Part shown: positions 1 through 10,487 of the stretch, one piece after another | How the letters are laid out: each line of letters starts with the position of its first letter | Numbering within the stretch: position 1 is the stretch's first letter | Origin: an uncultured bacterium | Lineage (GTDB): Bacteria; Patescibacteriota; Microgenomatia; UBA1400; MFAQ01 | Direction of reading: 5' to 3' | NCBI GenBank assembly: GCA_963980225.1 | Contig: CAXBYW010000002.1 | Location: 103,582 to 167,581 of the forward strand | DNA: 64,000 bases | The notes under the pieces: generated by a model | What the model saw: the letters and a program-made list of their open reading frames with translations, nothing else | Told to the model about the DNA's origin: nothing | Database searches by the model: none | Program-made: the position numbers and the translations under genes

Positions 1-38
1 TAATTTAAACTATTTGTTCAACACACGGGAGGTGTGCT

Positions 39-356
39 ATGGAGGACAACCTTGATATGCTTAAGGTAGCAGAAATGTTAAGAAACGGTGAGGACGCACG
101 ACCTCTTTTTGTTGATGCTGGTCTACTTAAGGCTGACAATCATCCAGAAGATTGGTATGGTTCGCTCGAGCACCAAAAAGACTTACTAACTAGGCTTGGT
201 CTTGATCCAGACAATCTAGATAAAGAAGGGAAGGCGATCACTGAAGCTGAATATAAAATACTTGTTGACGCTCAGGTAGATCTTATAGATGCAAATGATG
301 AACCCTTATTTTCTGGAGACGTGCCAGTGCTGGCAGCAATCACTGGTAAAAATTAA
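39..356 (+). CDS. hypothetical protein
   Basis: 105-aa ORF with GGAGG RBS upstream and a terminator downstream; no recognised motif. Confidence 0.6.
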   Translation: MEDNLDMLKVAEMLRNGEDARPLFVDAGLLKADNHPEDWYGSLEHQKDLLTRLGLDPDNLDKEGKAITEAEYKILVDAQVDLIDANDEPLFSGDVPVLAAITGKN

Positions 357-373
357 CTGAAAAAAATGAATAC

Positions 374-407
374 AGCTCATACTTGATAATAAGTGTGAGC
401 TTTTTTT
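374..407 (+). terminator. intrinsic terminator
   Basis: AGCTCATACTT-GATAAT-AAGTGTGAGCT stem-loop followed by a T tract, right after ORF 39..356. Confidence 0.7.
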
Positions 408-436
408 ATTGTCTAACATGATGGTAATATGGGAGC

Positions 437-1096
437 ATGGTTGCTTGGATTTTGGCAGTTGACGATAGTGTGGATGTAAAAAAGTTTCTAAAGAGCGAGG
501 GTTTGAGTGAGAAGAATATCTGGAGCTTAGATGTACCAAGTGGTGGAGTTAAGATTGCTGAGTTAAGGACTTGGCTTAAGACAAACTATCTGAGCGTAAA
601 GAAAAAAGAGTCCATGGTTTTTTGGATCAACGGAGCGGACAACTTGAGTGAGCAATGCCAGAACATGTTGCTTAAACCTTTGGAAGAGTCAAGAGATGAA
701 GTGTTGTTTGTTCTAACGGTTGCGAGTGAGTCCAGGTTGTTGCCCACAATAGTATCGCGTTGTAGAGTAAGAAAGATAAAAGGAGTTGAGAGTGATAAGG
801 ATGGTAAGTATGAGCAGCTTTGGGATGAGTTAATAGAAGCTTGGAGGATGGGACCTGGTGCTAGTATTTCTTTGCTTGATAAGTGGGAAAAAGATACAGA
901 GCTAGATATATTAAACTTTTTTATAAAAAAACTGGCTACGGCATTGAGGAATTTACCTAGTATGAAGCGGGTAAAGATGTTGAAGTTAGGGCTGGAGTTA
1001 AAGAAAGACGCAGGATTAATGGTAAACAGAAAGTTGTTGTTGGGACGGTTTTTGCTTGAAGGATGGAAGGTTAGTGGACTTGATTCTTCCAGCTAA
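437..1096 (+). CDS. holB: DNA polymerase III delta-prime subunit (compact form)
   Basis: ADNLSEQCQNMLLKPLEE and LLPTIVSRC (SRC) clamp-loader motifs. Confidence 0.75.
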   Translation: MVAWILAVDDSVDVKKFLKSEGLSEKNIWSLDVPSGGVKIAELRTWLKTNYLSVKKKESMVFWINGADNLSEQCQNMLLKPLEESRDEVLFVLTVASESRLLPTIVSRCRVRKIKGVESDKDGKYEQLWDELIEAWRMGPGASISLLDKWEKDTELDILNFFIKKLATALRNLPSMKRVKMLKLGLELKKDAGLMVNRKLLLGRFLLEGWKVSGLDSSS

Positions 1097-1117
1097 TTTT
1101 GAGATAGTGAATGCAGT

Positions 1118-2896
1118 ATGGTAACGTCTGCCCCGGGTACTAGTAGTTCTAAGGATATATTGGCTGTTTTAGTTGATCTAGGCAAGTTGTCTTTAGAAAA
1201 ATCTGAAGAAGTGCGAATGAAGGCGGCTAGTTTGGGAAAAAAAGCGGAAGAGATTTTAAAAGAAGAAAAACAAGTAGACGAAGAAGGTTTGGTAGAAGCG
1301 AAGGCCGTGATGATGGGTATTCCCTATTTTAAAGAAACGCAGTTAATTGTTCCACCAGAACTACTTAAAATGGTGCCTGAAAGTCTGGCTAGAAACTACA
1401 TGCTTATTCCAGTAGAAATAGATAAAAAGAGTGGTTCGTTGAAGATGGTGATGGCTAGACCGAGCGATCTAGGGACGATTGATTTCTTCCAAAGAAGAAC
1501 TGGCTACAGGATCACGGCAATGATGGCTTCCGAAAAGAATATAAACAACCTGATTGATAAACTTTACTTACAAAGTTTAACTGGTGAGGTGTCTGAGGTG
1601 TTGTCTGAAGAAGGAAGTGCGACGGAGGAAGCAGGTATAAAGACGATAACTAAAGAGAGTTTGTCGGAGATTATTAAAGAACCAAAGATAGTCGAGATAG
1701 TAAAGAAGATACTTGAACACGCGATAAGGTTGAGGGCGAGTGACGTTCATATTGAACCAGAGGAAGAGATTACTAGAATTAGATACAGAATTGATGGAAT
1801 ACTGGAAGAAAAACTAACCTTAGATAAGAAGTATCATGCTTCGTTGGCATCTAGAATAAAGATATTGGGAGGAATGAAGATAGACGAAAGACGTTTACCT
1901 CAAGATGGAAGGTTTAACTTTGAGTCAGAAGATGGTGAGGTTGATTTGAGAATTTCTTCTTTACCTACGGTGTTTGGTGAGAAGATTGTGATGAGGCTTT
2001 TGAAAAAATCTGGCAAGATTCCTACCCTACCAGAGTTAGGTTTGAGGGGTAGAGCCTTAAAAAACCTTGAACAAGCAGTTAACATTCCCCATGGAATTAT
2101 TTTGATTACTGGTCCAACTGGTTCTGGTAAGACCACAACGCTTTATTCAATGTTGACTAAGATCAATACTCCTAAGGTTAATGTAATTACTCTGGAGGAT
2201 CCAGTTGAGTACCAGATGAAGGGAATAAACCAGGTACAGGTTAATCCAGATGCTGGTTTGACTTTTGCTTCTGGGTTGAGATCGTTTTTAAGACAGGACC
2301 CCAACATAATAATGGTCGGTGAGATCAGAGATGAGGAGACGGCTGCTTTGGCGGTCCAGGCTTCTTTAACTGGTCACTTGGTGTTTTCTACTATACATAC
2401 CAACTCTGCGTCTGGTGCCCTACCAAGGCTTTTAGACATGAAGGTGGAGCCATTTTTGTTGTCCAGTTCAATGACTGCAGTGGTGGCCCAAAGAGTTTTA
2501 AGGAAGATCTGTGATGAATGTAAGATGGCTTATGTTCCGGAAAAAGCGGTGGTGGAAGACATGAAGGTGGTTTTGGGTGGTTTGTATGCTGGTTTTTTAA
2601 AGTCTAATGTAGAGAGAACGGCTGAAGCACAGAAAAATGGGCAAGAAGTATTGCTTTATAAGGGTAAGGGGTGTACAAAATGTGGTAATACCGGTTACCA
2701 TGGGAGGATCGGTGTATTCGAGGTGTTGGTGATAAGTGAGAAGGTGGCTAGGTTAATAATGGAACAAGCTGATGCCAGTACAGTAGAGAAACAAGCTGTA
2801 GCTGAAGGAATGATTACCTTGAAGCAGGATGGATACCTTAAGGTTTTGGAGGGAGTTACTACTATAGAGGAAGTTGTAAGGGTGGCCCAAGTATGA
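1118..2896 (+). CDS. pilB: type IV pilus assembly ATPase PilB/GspE
   Basis: N-terminal domain, ASDVHIEP, Walker A GPTGSGKTT, LRQDPNIIMVGEIRD, tetracysteine motif. Confidence 0.95.
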   Translation: MVTSAPGTSSSKDILAVLVDLGKLSLEKSEEVRMKAASLGKKAEEILKEEKQVDEEGLVEAKAVMMGIPYFKETQLIVPPELLKMVPESLARNYMLIPVEIDKKSGSLKMVMARPSDLGTIDFFQRRTGYRITAMMASEKNINNLIDKLYLQSLTGEVSEVLSEEGSATEEAGIKTITKESLSEIIKEPKIVEIVKKILEHAIRLRASDVHIEPEEEITRIRYRIDGILEEKLTLDKKYHASLASRIKILGGMKIDERRLPQDGRFNFESEDGEVDLRISSLPTVFGEKIVMRLLKKSGKIPTLPELGLRGRALKNLEQAVNIPHGIILITGPTGSGKTTTLYSMLTKINTPKVNVITLEDPVEYQMKGINQVQVNPDAGLTFASGLRSFLRQDPNIIMVGEIRDEETAALAVQASLTGHLVFSTIHTNSASGALPRLLDMKVEPFLLSSSMTAVVAQRVLRKICDECKMAYVPEKAVVEDMKVVLGGLYAGFLKSNVERTAEAQKNGQEVLLYKGKGCTKCGNTGYHGRIGVFEVLVISEKVARLIMEQADASTVEKQAVAEGMITLKQDGYLKVLEGVTTIEEVVRVAQV

Positions 2897-3945
2897 ACGC
2901 AGAACAATTGTTGAAAAATGTGGTTGATACAAAGTCTTCTGATTTACATTTGATCTTTGGGGTCTCACCCATGGTTAGAACACAGGGTAAGTTGACAGTA
3001 ATTCCAGGAACAGAAAAGTTGACTAAAGAGACGGTGAAGGCACTGGTTTTGTCTTTGATGAGACCTGACCAACAGAAAGTTTTTTTGAAGGAAAAAGAGC
3101 TTGATTTCTCAGTAGATTTACCAGGGCTGGCAAGATTTAGGGTAAACACATATTTTCAAAGGGGCACAATGGCTGCCGCATTGAGACACGTTCCTAGTAA
3201 AATACTTTCTATAGATGAGTTGGGGTTACCACCTGTTTGCCACTCTATTGCAAAGCTAAAACAAGGATTTGTGTTAGTAACCGGCCCGACTGGTTCTGGA
3301 AAAAGTTCTACCTTGGCAGCTATTATTGATGAGATAAATCAGACAAGATCAGAGCATGTTGTGACGGTTGAGGATCCGGTTGAGTTTGTGTTTGAGAATA
3401 AAAAATCGGTTATCTCTCAGCGTGAGTTGGGTGGAGATACAATGAGTTGGGAAAAAGCTTTAAAATCAGTCTTAAGACAAGACCCAGATGTAGTGTTAGT
3501 GGGAGAGATGAGGGACCTGGAAACTATGCAAGCGGCCATCACCACAGCAGAGACTGGTCACTTAGTACTTGCGACTTTACATACCAATTCAGCTGCACAA
3601 ACGATTGATAGACTTGTCGACAGCTTCCCTGCTGGACAGCAGTCTCAGATAAGATCTCAGTTAGCGGGTTCTTTAGAGGTGGTGCTTTCACAGAGACTGA
3701 TCCCTTCGATTGATGGGAAAAGAGCGGTGGCAACGGAAGTGATGGTGGTGACTCCAGCGGTGAAGACGAATATAAGAGAGGGTAAGGTTCATCAGATTGA
3801 TAACATAATCCAGACAGGATCAGAGATGGGTATGCACTTACTTGAGACCAGTCTGATTGAGCTGGTAAATAAAGGGGTTATTGATAGCAAGGTGGCACTA
3901 GCCTACTCCTTAAGACCCACAATACTAGCCAGACTTCTCCAGTAA
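2893..3945 (+). CDS. pilT: type IV pilus retraction ATPase PilT
   Basis: SDLHL, GPTGSGKS, LRQDPDVVLVGEMRD, TAAETGHLV, NIRE motif. Confidence 0.95.
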   Translation: MNAEQLLKNVVDTKSSDLHLIFGVSPMVRTQGKLTVIPGTEKLTKETVKALVLSLMRPDQQKVFLKEKELDFSVDLPGLARFRVNTYFQRGTMAAALRHVPSKILSIDELGLPPVCHSIAKLKQGFVLVTGPTGSGKSSTLAAIIDEINQTRSEHVVTVEDPVEFVFENKKSVISQRELGGDTMSWEKALKSVLRQDPDVVLVGEMRDLETMQAAITTAETGHLVLATLHTNSAAQTIDRLVDSFPAGQQSQIRSQLAGSLEVVLSQRLIPSIDGKRAVATEVMVVTPAVKTNIREGKVHQIDNIIQTGSEMGMHLLETSLIELVNKGVIDSKVALAYSLRPTILARLLQ

Positions 3946-3950
3946 ATAAT

Positions 3951-5153
3951 ATGAAAACGTATAAGTACAAGGCCAAGAATGACAAAGGTGAGACGATTGA
4001 TGGAGTGTTGGAAGCTAATAGTGAAAAAGAGATAGTCACGATATTACGAAGCAAAGGACTGGTTACGATGGGAGTGACGGAAAGTCAGATGAATGAGTTG
4101 ACTGAGTTGTTAAATAAATTTAAAAAACCTAAGGAAGATGAGATAGTTGTCTTTACTAGACAGATGTCGACCATGATTCAAGCAGGACTTTCGTTGGTAG
4201 ATGCTTTGGGTATTCTTAAAGATCAGTCTGGACCTGGGTTAGAGATTGTTTTAAAAAAGGTTCTAATAGATGTTGAGGGAGGTAAATCTTTTGCTGTAGC
4301 TCTTGAGGAGTCGAAGGGTGGATTTACTAGTGTATATATTGCCTTGGTTAAGGCTGGTGAGTCGGCTGGATTGTTGGATGAGGTGTTAATAAAAATGGCG
4401 GATACTTTAGAGGCGGAGAAAGATTTTAGAGGTAAGACCAAGGGCGCCTTAGTTTACCCAGCAATTGTTTTAAGTGCTATGGTAGTGGTGGGAGTAATAA
4501 TGATGATTTTTGTGGTCCCTAAGATGACGGTTATGTATAAGGACATGGGAATTGAGTTGCCGGCAATTACTCAAGCCTTGATATCTATTTCTGACTTTAT
4601 GGTTAAGTTTTGGTATTTATTGTTTTTGGGCTTGGGAGGAGGAGCGGTGTTTTTTTCCAAATGGTCTAAAACAGAGGTGGGAGAACTATTAATAGAACAG
4701 TTTCAGTTTAAGTTGCCTATTTGGGGTCAGTTAAAAAAAGATATTGTGTTGGCTAAGTTTGCCAGGACAACTGGGTTGTTGGTGGCGGCTGGTGTGTCGG
4801 TCCTGGACGCTCTAAGGATAGTAGCAGATACATTAGGAAGTAAGATTTTTGGGGACTCTATTAGACAGGTAGCAACAAAAGTAGAAAAAGGAATAAGTTT
4901 GGCAGATGGAATTGCTTATATTCAAGACTTCCCCCCGGTTTTGAGTAGAATGATTTCTGTGGGTGAAAAAACGGGTAAGATGGATGAGGTGTTGACGAGG
5001 TTGGCGGTGTATTATGAGTCTGAGAGTGCTACAAAAGTTAAGAGTTTAACTACTGCGATAGAGCCGTTAATTATGATAATGATGGGAATTGGAGTTGGCT
5101 TCTTGGTGGCTGCCGTTATCCTACCGATCTACCACTTGACAAGTCAGTTCTAG
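3951..5153 (+). CDS. pilC: type IV pilus inner-membrane platform protein PilC (GspF family)
   Basis: FTRQMSTMIQAG, GESAGLL, ALVYP and IEP motifs; three TM segments. Confidence 0.95.
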   Translation: MKTYKYKAKNDKGETIDGVLEANSEKEIVTILRSKGLVTMGVTESQMNELTELLNKFKKPKEDEIVVFTRQMSTMIQAGLSLVDALGILKDQSGPGLEIVLKKVLIDVEGGKSFAVALEESKGGFTSVYIALVKAGESAGLLDEVLIKMADTLEAEKDFRGKTKGALVYPAIVLSAMVVVGVIMMIFVVPKMTVMYKDMGIELPAITQALISISDFMVKFWYLLFLGLGGGAVFFSKWSKTEVGELLIEQFQFKLPIWGQLKKDIVLAKFARTTGLLVAAGVSVLDALRIVADTLGSKIFGDSIRQVATKVEKGISLADGIAYIQDFPPVLSRMISVGEKTGKMDEVLTRLAVYYESESATKVKSLTTAIEPLIMIMMGIGVGFLVAAVILPIYHLTSQF

Positions 5154-5198
5154 ATGTTCATAGTTAAGGATAGATATTGAATTATTTATTGAAAAAAA

Positions 5199-5744
5199 AT
5201 GAAAAAACAAACTGGTTTCACATTAATGGAGCTTTTGATAGTTATTGGAGTGTTGGGAATCCTAGCGGCTGGTTTGTTGGCAGCTATTGACCCGTTTGAG
5301 CAGCTAAAGAAGGCTAGAGATGCAAATAATAGGAATGCTTCGGTTGAGCTTTTGAACGGATTCACTAGATACTATGCATCTCATGGAGAGTTTCCTTGGA
5401 ACTTACCAGGTATAAACGTTGGCTGTGATGCCCTTGTTGATACAGTGCCAGGTGCGGCTGCTGGTGGAGTTACCGAGTTGCAGGATATTGGTGACTGTGT
5501 TGCTGCTATTGAAGCTGATGGTGAGTTAAAAAGCGACTTTAATAGTAATGTGAATGCAAATATTTACGTAAGCTCAGAGGATGAAACTGACGTAGCAGTC
5601 TGCTTTGCCCCAGAAGGTAAAGCATTAAGAAATGATGCGACCACCAAGTGGGTATTTGATGGTGTTGCTACGATTACGGAAGACGTTGGAGCTGTTACAT
5701 GTCCTGACGTTACCAACGGAAACTGCTTGCAGTGCTTTAGATAG
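5199..5744 (+). CDS. type IV pilin (probable major pilin)
   Basis: GFTLMELLIV class III signal peptide; Cys-rich C-terminus. Confidence 0.85.
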   Translation: MKKQTGFTLMELLIVIGVLGILAAGLLAAIDPFEQLKKARDANNRNASVELLNGFTRYYASHGEFPWNLPGINVGCDALVDTVPGAAAGGVTELQDIGDCVAAIEADGELKSDFNSNVNANIYVSSEDETDVAVCFAPEGKALRNDATTKWVFDGVATITEDVGAVTCPDVTNGNCLQCFR

Positions 5745-6557
5745 ATGGGGTTCGCCTTGATGGCTGGATTGGTTTTCTTGATGGGTCTTTTGTGGGGTAG
5801 TTTTTTGGGAGTAGTGGTTTATAGAACAATTAAAAAAGACAGTTCTCCCCTTTCTGGTAGGTCTAAGTGTGATAAGTGTAGTAAAGCTTTAAGTTGGTGG
5901 CAAAATATTCCTTTGTTTTCGTTTTTACTACTTAAAGGAAAGTGTTTTTACTGTAAGAAATCTATTGACTGGAGCTATCCTTTGACTGAACTCATTACTG
6001 GAGTGTTGTTTTTATGGTGGTTTGTGGTGGGTAGATCATTTTTTCTACTGGCGGGTAGTCCTTGGAGCATACTACAGCCTGTTTTCTGGTTAGTAGTAGG
6101 TATGGCGTTGTTAGTGGTGTTTTTAACGGACTTAAAGTATGGGATTATTTCAGATGGAACTAACCTGTTTCTTTTTAGTTGGGTGCTTTTTTATAGACTT
6201 CTTTTAGTGGGAAATGGAGAGATGATGATGGTTGATTTCGGGAAGGCAGTTGTAAGTGCTATCGTTTTGACTGGGTTTTTTTGGAGCTTATGGTGGTTTA
6301 CAAAAGGAAAAGGATTCGGTTTTGGCGATGTGAAGTTTGCCCCTAGTATTGGTCTTTTGTTGGGTTGGCCAAAAACACTGGTAGGAACAATGAGTAGCTT
6401 CGTTATTGGCTCTGTTGTGGGAGTTTTACTTATCTTGTTGGGTAAAAAGAAGTTTGGACAGACGATTCCTTTTGGCCCCTTCTTGGTTGTGGGTATAGTT
6501 GTTGCTCTGTTGTGGGGTGGTCCCTTGTGGAATTGGTATTTAGGGATGCTACAATGA
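5745..6557 (+). CDS. pilD: prepilin peptidase
   Basis: GSFLGVV, RSKCDKC...GKCFYC Zn motifs, GFGDVK, IPFGPFL. Confidence 0.93.
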   Translation: MGFALMAGLVFLMGLLWGSFLGVVVYRTIKKDSSPLSGRSKCDKCSKALSWWQNIPLFSFLLLKGKCFYCKKSIDWSYPLTELITGVLFLWWFVVGRSFFLLAGSPWSILQPVFWLVVGMALLVVFLTDLKYGIISDGTNLFLFSWVLFYRLLLVGNGEMMMVDFGKAVVSAIVLTGFFWSLWWFTKGKGFGFGDVKFAPSIGLLLGWPKTLVGTMSSFVIGSVVGVLLILLGKKKFGQTIPFGPFLVVGIVVALLWGGPLWNWYLGMLQ

Positions 6558-7054
6558 TTAGTATGAGGAAAGGATTCACTTTACTTGAGATAATGGTGGC
6601 GGTAGCGATTATGATAATTATCTCTGGTGCTAGTTTGGCCTCTTTTACTTTTAGTCAACGTAAGTCTAGGGATGCAAGAAGGAAAGGTGATTTAAGCCAG
6701 ATATCTAAGGCCTTGCAAGTATTCAATGAGGACTTTGGTAGATATCCTATTGGAGATAGTGGTAATGTAATCGGTTGCAAACCAAGCGCTGTGGCAGAGT
6801 TGGAGGCATGCATTTGGGGAGACACCTTTAGTGCGTATTCAGGAGGCGTAGAACAACTATATATGTCTAAGTTACCAGAAGACCCTAAGGTGGGTTATGC
6901 GTATTATTACGTGAGTGACGGAGATAATTTTAGCTTGTATGCAATACTTGAGAACGATAAGGATAAGGATTATAGAACGGACTTGACTCAAGAGTGTGTC
7001 ACTGGTGTAACATGTAATTATCTGTTAACAGAGTATGGAGTGGAAATAGAATGA
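6554..7054 (+). CDS. GspG-like type IV pilin
   Basis: KGFTLLE signal; [11 protein letters not shown]...YP...LPEDP; start placed at the ATG overlapping the pilD stop. Confidence 0.85.
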   Translation: MISMRKGFTLLEIMVAVAIMIIISGASLASFTFSQRKSRDARRKGDLSQISKALQVFNEDFGRYPIGDSGNVIGCKPSAVAELEACIWGDTFSAYSGGVEQLYMSKLPEDPKVGYAYYYVSDGDNFSLYAILENDKDKDYRTDLTQECVTGVTCNYLLTEYGVEIE

Positions 7055-7476
7055 TGAAGAAAGAAGGGTTTACATTAATCGAGCTTTTAGTAGTTATTTC
7101 AATAATTGGTGTTTTAAGTGCCATGGCGGCGTTTAACTTTCAACAAGCTAGAGAGAGAGCAAGAGATGTTCAACGAAAAAATGACCTAAAGCAACTGCAA
7201 AATGCCTTAGAGCTTTATAAGAATGATCAGGCAACAGCTTTTTATCCAGACACTGCAAACTTAGTAGACTTGACACCTGACTATATGAAGAAAATCCCAG
7301 TTGATCCTAAGGAACAAAAACTAGCTGGTAGCTGGGTAGAGTATTCCTATACTAGGAGTGCCAGTAGTGTGTTGGAGTACACGATAATAGCTTGTTTGGA
7401 GAATGATGGAGATTTAAGTAAGGATGACGTGAATGTGTGTGCAAGCGGAGTAAGTTATACATTAATAGAACCATGA
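7051..7476 (+). CDS. GspG-like type IV pilin
   Basis: GFTLIELL; [11 protein letters not shown]...ALELY...IPVDP. Confidence 0.88.
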   Translation: MMKKEGFTLIELLVVISIIGVLSAMAAFNFQQARERARDVQRKNDLKQLQNALELYKNDQATAFYPDTANLVDLTPDYMKKIPVDPKEQKLAGSWVEYSYTRSASSVLEYTIIACLENDGDLSKDDVNVCASGVSYTLIEP

Positions 7477-7898
7477 AAAACAAAAAAAGAGGGTTTACAT
7501 TATTAGAGTTGTTGGTGGTGATTGGGATAATCGGAGTTTTGGTCGCTTTGGGTACGGTGTCTTACTCTAGTGCCCAGAGAAAGTCTCGGGATTCAAGACG
7601 TCAAGCTGATATGAAATCGATCCAGAATGCGTTGGAGGTATATTACTCTGAGACGAGTTATGTCTACCCTACTACCTGCAGTGATGGAGGTAGTTACATA
7701 AAAGGTCCTTGGCCAACAGATCCAGTGGATGTCTCCCCGTTGGTTTACACAGAGCTTTGTGATGCAGATAGCTATTATGTATGTGCTGAGATGGAAGTAG
7801 CCTCTAGGGGTAATTCCACGAGCTTACCTACGACTGCTGATGGTACATCGCATGTATGGGGTGCAGGCAATTATTACTGTGTAAGTAACTTACAATGA
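7473..7898 (+). CDS. GspG-like type IV pilin
   Basis: GFTLLELL; [11 protein letters not shown]...ALEVY...PTDP. Confidence 0.88.
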   Translation: MKNKKRGFTLLELLVVIGIIGVLVALGTVSYSSAQRKSRDSRRQADMKSIQNALEVYYSETSYVYPTTCSDGGSYIKGPWPTDPVDVSPLVYTELCDADSYYVCAEMEVASRGNSTSLPTTADGTSHVWGAGNYYCVSNLQ

Positions 7899-8272
7899 AT
7901 AACAAGCTTTTCTCTTCTGGAAAACGAGGATTTACGTTCGTGGAGCTTCTGGTGGTAATTACTATTATTGCTATCTTGACTGGAGCGGCAGCGGTGTCTT
8001 TTACAAATACTAGTATTCGATCTAGAGATTCTCGGAGAAAGTTAGATATCGAGAACATCAGGTCGGCATTAGAACTTTGTAGGACTGAGTCCGGTAGTTA
8101 TCCCCCATCGATTTATAACAGTATTAGTTGTGGTGGTGAGACATATTTAAATGACACCCCCAAAGATCCTAAGACTGATGCTACGTATACTTATGGATTT
8201 GTGTCGGCCACTTCCTACACCATTACTTGTGTGTTGGAGAGTGGTGACAGTTGTTCGTTTATCAATCCATGA
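7895..8272 (+). CDS. GspG-like type IV pilin
   Basis: GFTFVELL; RSRDSRRKLDI...ALEL...PKDP. Confidence 0.88.
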   Translation: MNNKLFSSGKRGFTFVELLVVITIIAILTGAAAVSFTNTSIRSRDSRRKLDIENIRSALELCRTESGSYPPSIYNSISCGGETYLNDTPKDPKTDATYTYGFVSATSYTITCVLESGDSCSFINP

Positions 8273-8751
8273 AAAATCGATTGGGATTTACTTTATTAGA
8301 AGTTGTGATCGTGATTGGGATCTTATCGTTGTTTGTGGGTGCAGGAATAGTTGCGCTTGTCCCCTTTAGAGAAAGAAGAGAGGTTTTAGGTGACGCTAGA
8401 AATATGGCTTCTCTTTTGAAGCAAGTTCAAGTTAAAGCAAGTGCTGTTGAAATACCGTCTGATTGTGAAATCAGTGGAGTTAGTGAGTTTGAACTACAGT
8501 TTTCTGGTGCGGATGTAGATTTGTTGGTAAAAACATCAAGTGGAGCTACTTGCAAGCAAACTTTAGGTGTTTTAAATCTTTCTAATGGAACCGAGTTTGT
8601 CTTTGCCGGGCAGGTAGTGTTTATTACTCCTTTTGGTTCAACTGATTCAAGCACGATAAGTGTTTGTAATTATGGAATCCAGTATGATCTGGAAATAAAT
8701 GAAAATGGTAGTATTTCTGAGCCGGTAAAGTCAGCGACTCCTGGATGTTAG
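8269..8751 (+). CDS. minor pilin (FimT/GspH-like)
   Basis: GFTLLEVV class III signal peptide. Confidence 0.8.
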   Translation: MKNRLGFTLLEVVIVIGILSLFVGAGIVALVPFRERREVLGDARNMASLLKQVQVKASAVEIPSDCEISGVSEFELQFSGADVDLLVKTSSGATCKQTLGVLNLSNGTEFVFAGQVVFITPFGSTDSSTISVCNYGIQYDLEINENGSISEPVKSATPGC

Positions 8752-8770
8752 TAAAGTTTGCTAAACTTAA

Positions 8771-9142
8771 ATGATGCGAGATGTTAAAGGGCAGTTATTG
8801 TTGGAGGTATTGGTAGCCCTAACCATTCTGGGGATTGTCGCTGTAGCGGTGGTTAGGGTTTCAACTAGGTCTGTTAAAACTTCAAGAGTGACTGGAGACA
8901 GGCAAGAAGCCTTGAGTCTTGCTAAACAGGTTTTGGTAGATGTAGAAAAGGAAAAAGAAGACGATATTATGACCTTTTTTTCTAGATCGATATTAGAAGA
9001 GGATTGTAGCAACAGTGATTATGTATGTACAACAACTTATGATTTCGAAGGGACTGACAACAAAGTACGAGTTGAGGTGTTGGTCGAATGGGAAGAGACT
9101 AGTGTTGGTTTAAGTAAAATATTTACTAAGACAAAACTGTGA
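8771..9142 (+). CDS. minor pilin (PilV/GspI-like)
   Basis: GQLLLEVLVAL signal peptide. Confidence 0.75.
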   Translation: MMRDVKGQLLLEVLVALTILGIVAVAVVRVSTRSVKTSRVTGDRQEALSLAKQVLVDVEKEKEDDIMTFFSRSILEEDCSNSDYVCTTTYDFEGTDNKVRVEVLVEWEETSVGLSKIFTKTKL

Positions 9143-9654
9143 AAAAGAATGCTTACACCCTGATAGAGTTAATTGTGGTTATTGGGATAGTGGTGGTACT
9201 GGTTGGTGCTGGTATGGCGGTTTTCTATCAAAGTTTGCAGAGTGGCTCAAGGGTTGATTTTGAGTTGTTTATGAATACTTCAAGTAGAGTGATCGAGAGT
9301 TCAATGACGGATGTTATTAGTTTTGCTAGAGTAGTTAACGTAGATGGTCAGGGTCAAGATGCATGTTTGGCAGCCGGTGATAGTGGTGTGTCGGGTGATA
9401 ATTTGACGATAGATGTGGCAGGTAGATTAACGCAGTATTCTTTGAGTGGTGATTACATAACCTCTGACTCGGCTCAGATAAGCCCGAGTGGTATACAGGT
9501 TAGCGTTTTAAGCTTTAACTGGGTTTGTTTGTTTGGTGAGCGTGAAAAAGTCATGGTTGATTTTACTGCCCAGGCAGAGAAAGACGGTGAAGCTGTCGCA
9601 ATTGAGAAGGCTTACTCATTCGAAGTATTTTTAAAAAACTCTGGATATTTTTAG
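9139..9654 (+). CDS. minor pilin (PilW/GspJ-like)
   Basis: AYTLIELIV signal peptide. Confidence 0.75.
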   Translation: MKKNAYTLIELIVVIGIVVVLVGAGMAVFYQSLQSGSRVDFELFMNTSSRVIESSMTDVISFARVVNVDGQGQDACLAAGDSGVSGDNLTIDVAGRLTQYSLSGDYITSDSAQISPSGIQVSVLSFNWVCLFGEREKVMVDFTAQAEKDGEAVAIEKAYSFEVFLKNSGYF

Positions 9655-9660
9655 TATAAA

Positions 9661-10467
9661 ATGAAAGTAATGGTAAATAAAAGTGAAAAAGGTCAGGTAG
9701 CGTTAATACTGGTGTTGGCAGCCACGGTGGCAGGAACATTGGTAATTTCCCTGGCGGATAGGTCGACCAGGAACTTAAGAACGCAAACTTTAGATACAGA
9801 AAAGATCAAGGCACTTAAAGGAGCAGAAAGTGGTGTCGAACAAGCCCTTTTGAGTGAAACTTCTGTGGAAGACCTTAGTTTTAGTGAAGGAGTAAGTTTT
9901 ATCACTGATTACTCAAATGAAGGAGGTGATGGGATGGTTTCTGATTTAGTAGATCCAGGAGACGCGATTGCTGTACTAGTTGAAGGAGCGGATAGCGGGG
10001 TGAGTAGCGTAAGGATCTATTTCTCTTCTGAGTCTTCTCTGGCAGCACTGAAGGTGTCTGAGTACAGAGTTGATGGTGTCCAGTATCTGGTGAGCTCCTA
10101 TGCTTTTGACAGTGATTCTGGTCGGGCTTTGGTAAATAAGTTTGCTGACTTGGTGGAGGGTCCGAGTTTTAGTTTCCAGGGGACAACTTTTGGTGGTAGA
10201 TCTAGTGTAGGTGTGAATGCTAATACATTGTTGCCGCCAACTACTAGGTTATTGAGAATTGAGGTTTTGTATTCTGCTAGTAAAATTGGGATTGAGCCAA
10301 TAGGTGGAAATCTACCTGATCAGCAAGTAGTTATATCTTCTTTAGGATCTTATTCGGTGTCGGGAGATGTTAGTGTAAAGAAAAGATTGGAGCTTAGAAA
10401 AGAGATGGAAAAAGTACCGGCTGTGTTTGATAAAGTACTTTATTCTAACTCTAAGTTGGTTCAGTAA
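9661..10467 (+). CDS. minor pilin (PilX/GspK-like)
   Basis: KGQVALILVL signal lacking Glu5, then ALKGAESGVEQAL. Confidence 0.75.
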   Translation: MKVMVNKSEKGQVALILVLAATVAGTLVISLADRSTRNLRTQTLDTEKIKALKGAESGVEQALLSETSVEDLSFSEGVSFITDYSNEGGDGMVSDLVDPGDAIAVLVEGADSGVSSVRIYFSSESSLAALKVSEYRVDGVQYLVSSYAFDSDSGRALVNKFADLVEGPSFSFQGTTFGGRSSVGVNANTLLPPTTRLLRIEVLYSASKIGIEPIGGNLPDQQVVISSLGSYSVSGDVSVKKRLELRKEMEKVPAVFDKVLYSNSKLVQ

Positions 10468-10487
10468 TATATGTATAATAGATTATT

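Noticed and set aside
5199-10467. Nine pilin-like genes as an antigenic-variation cassette system
   Set aside because: All have their own class III signal peptides and sit in one operon with no silent copies or recombination repeats; ordinary for CPR.
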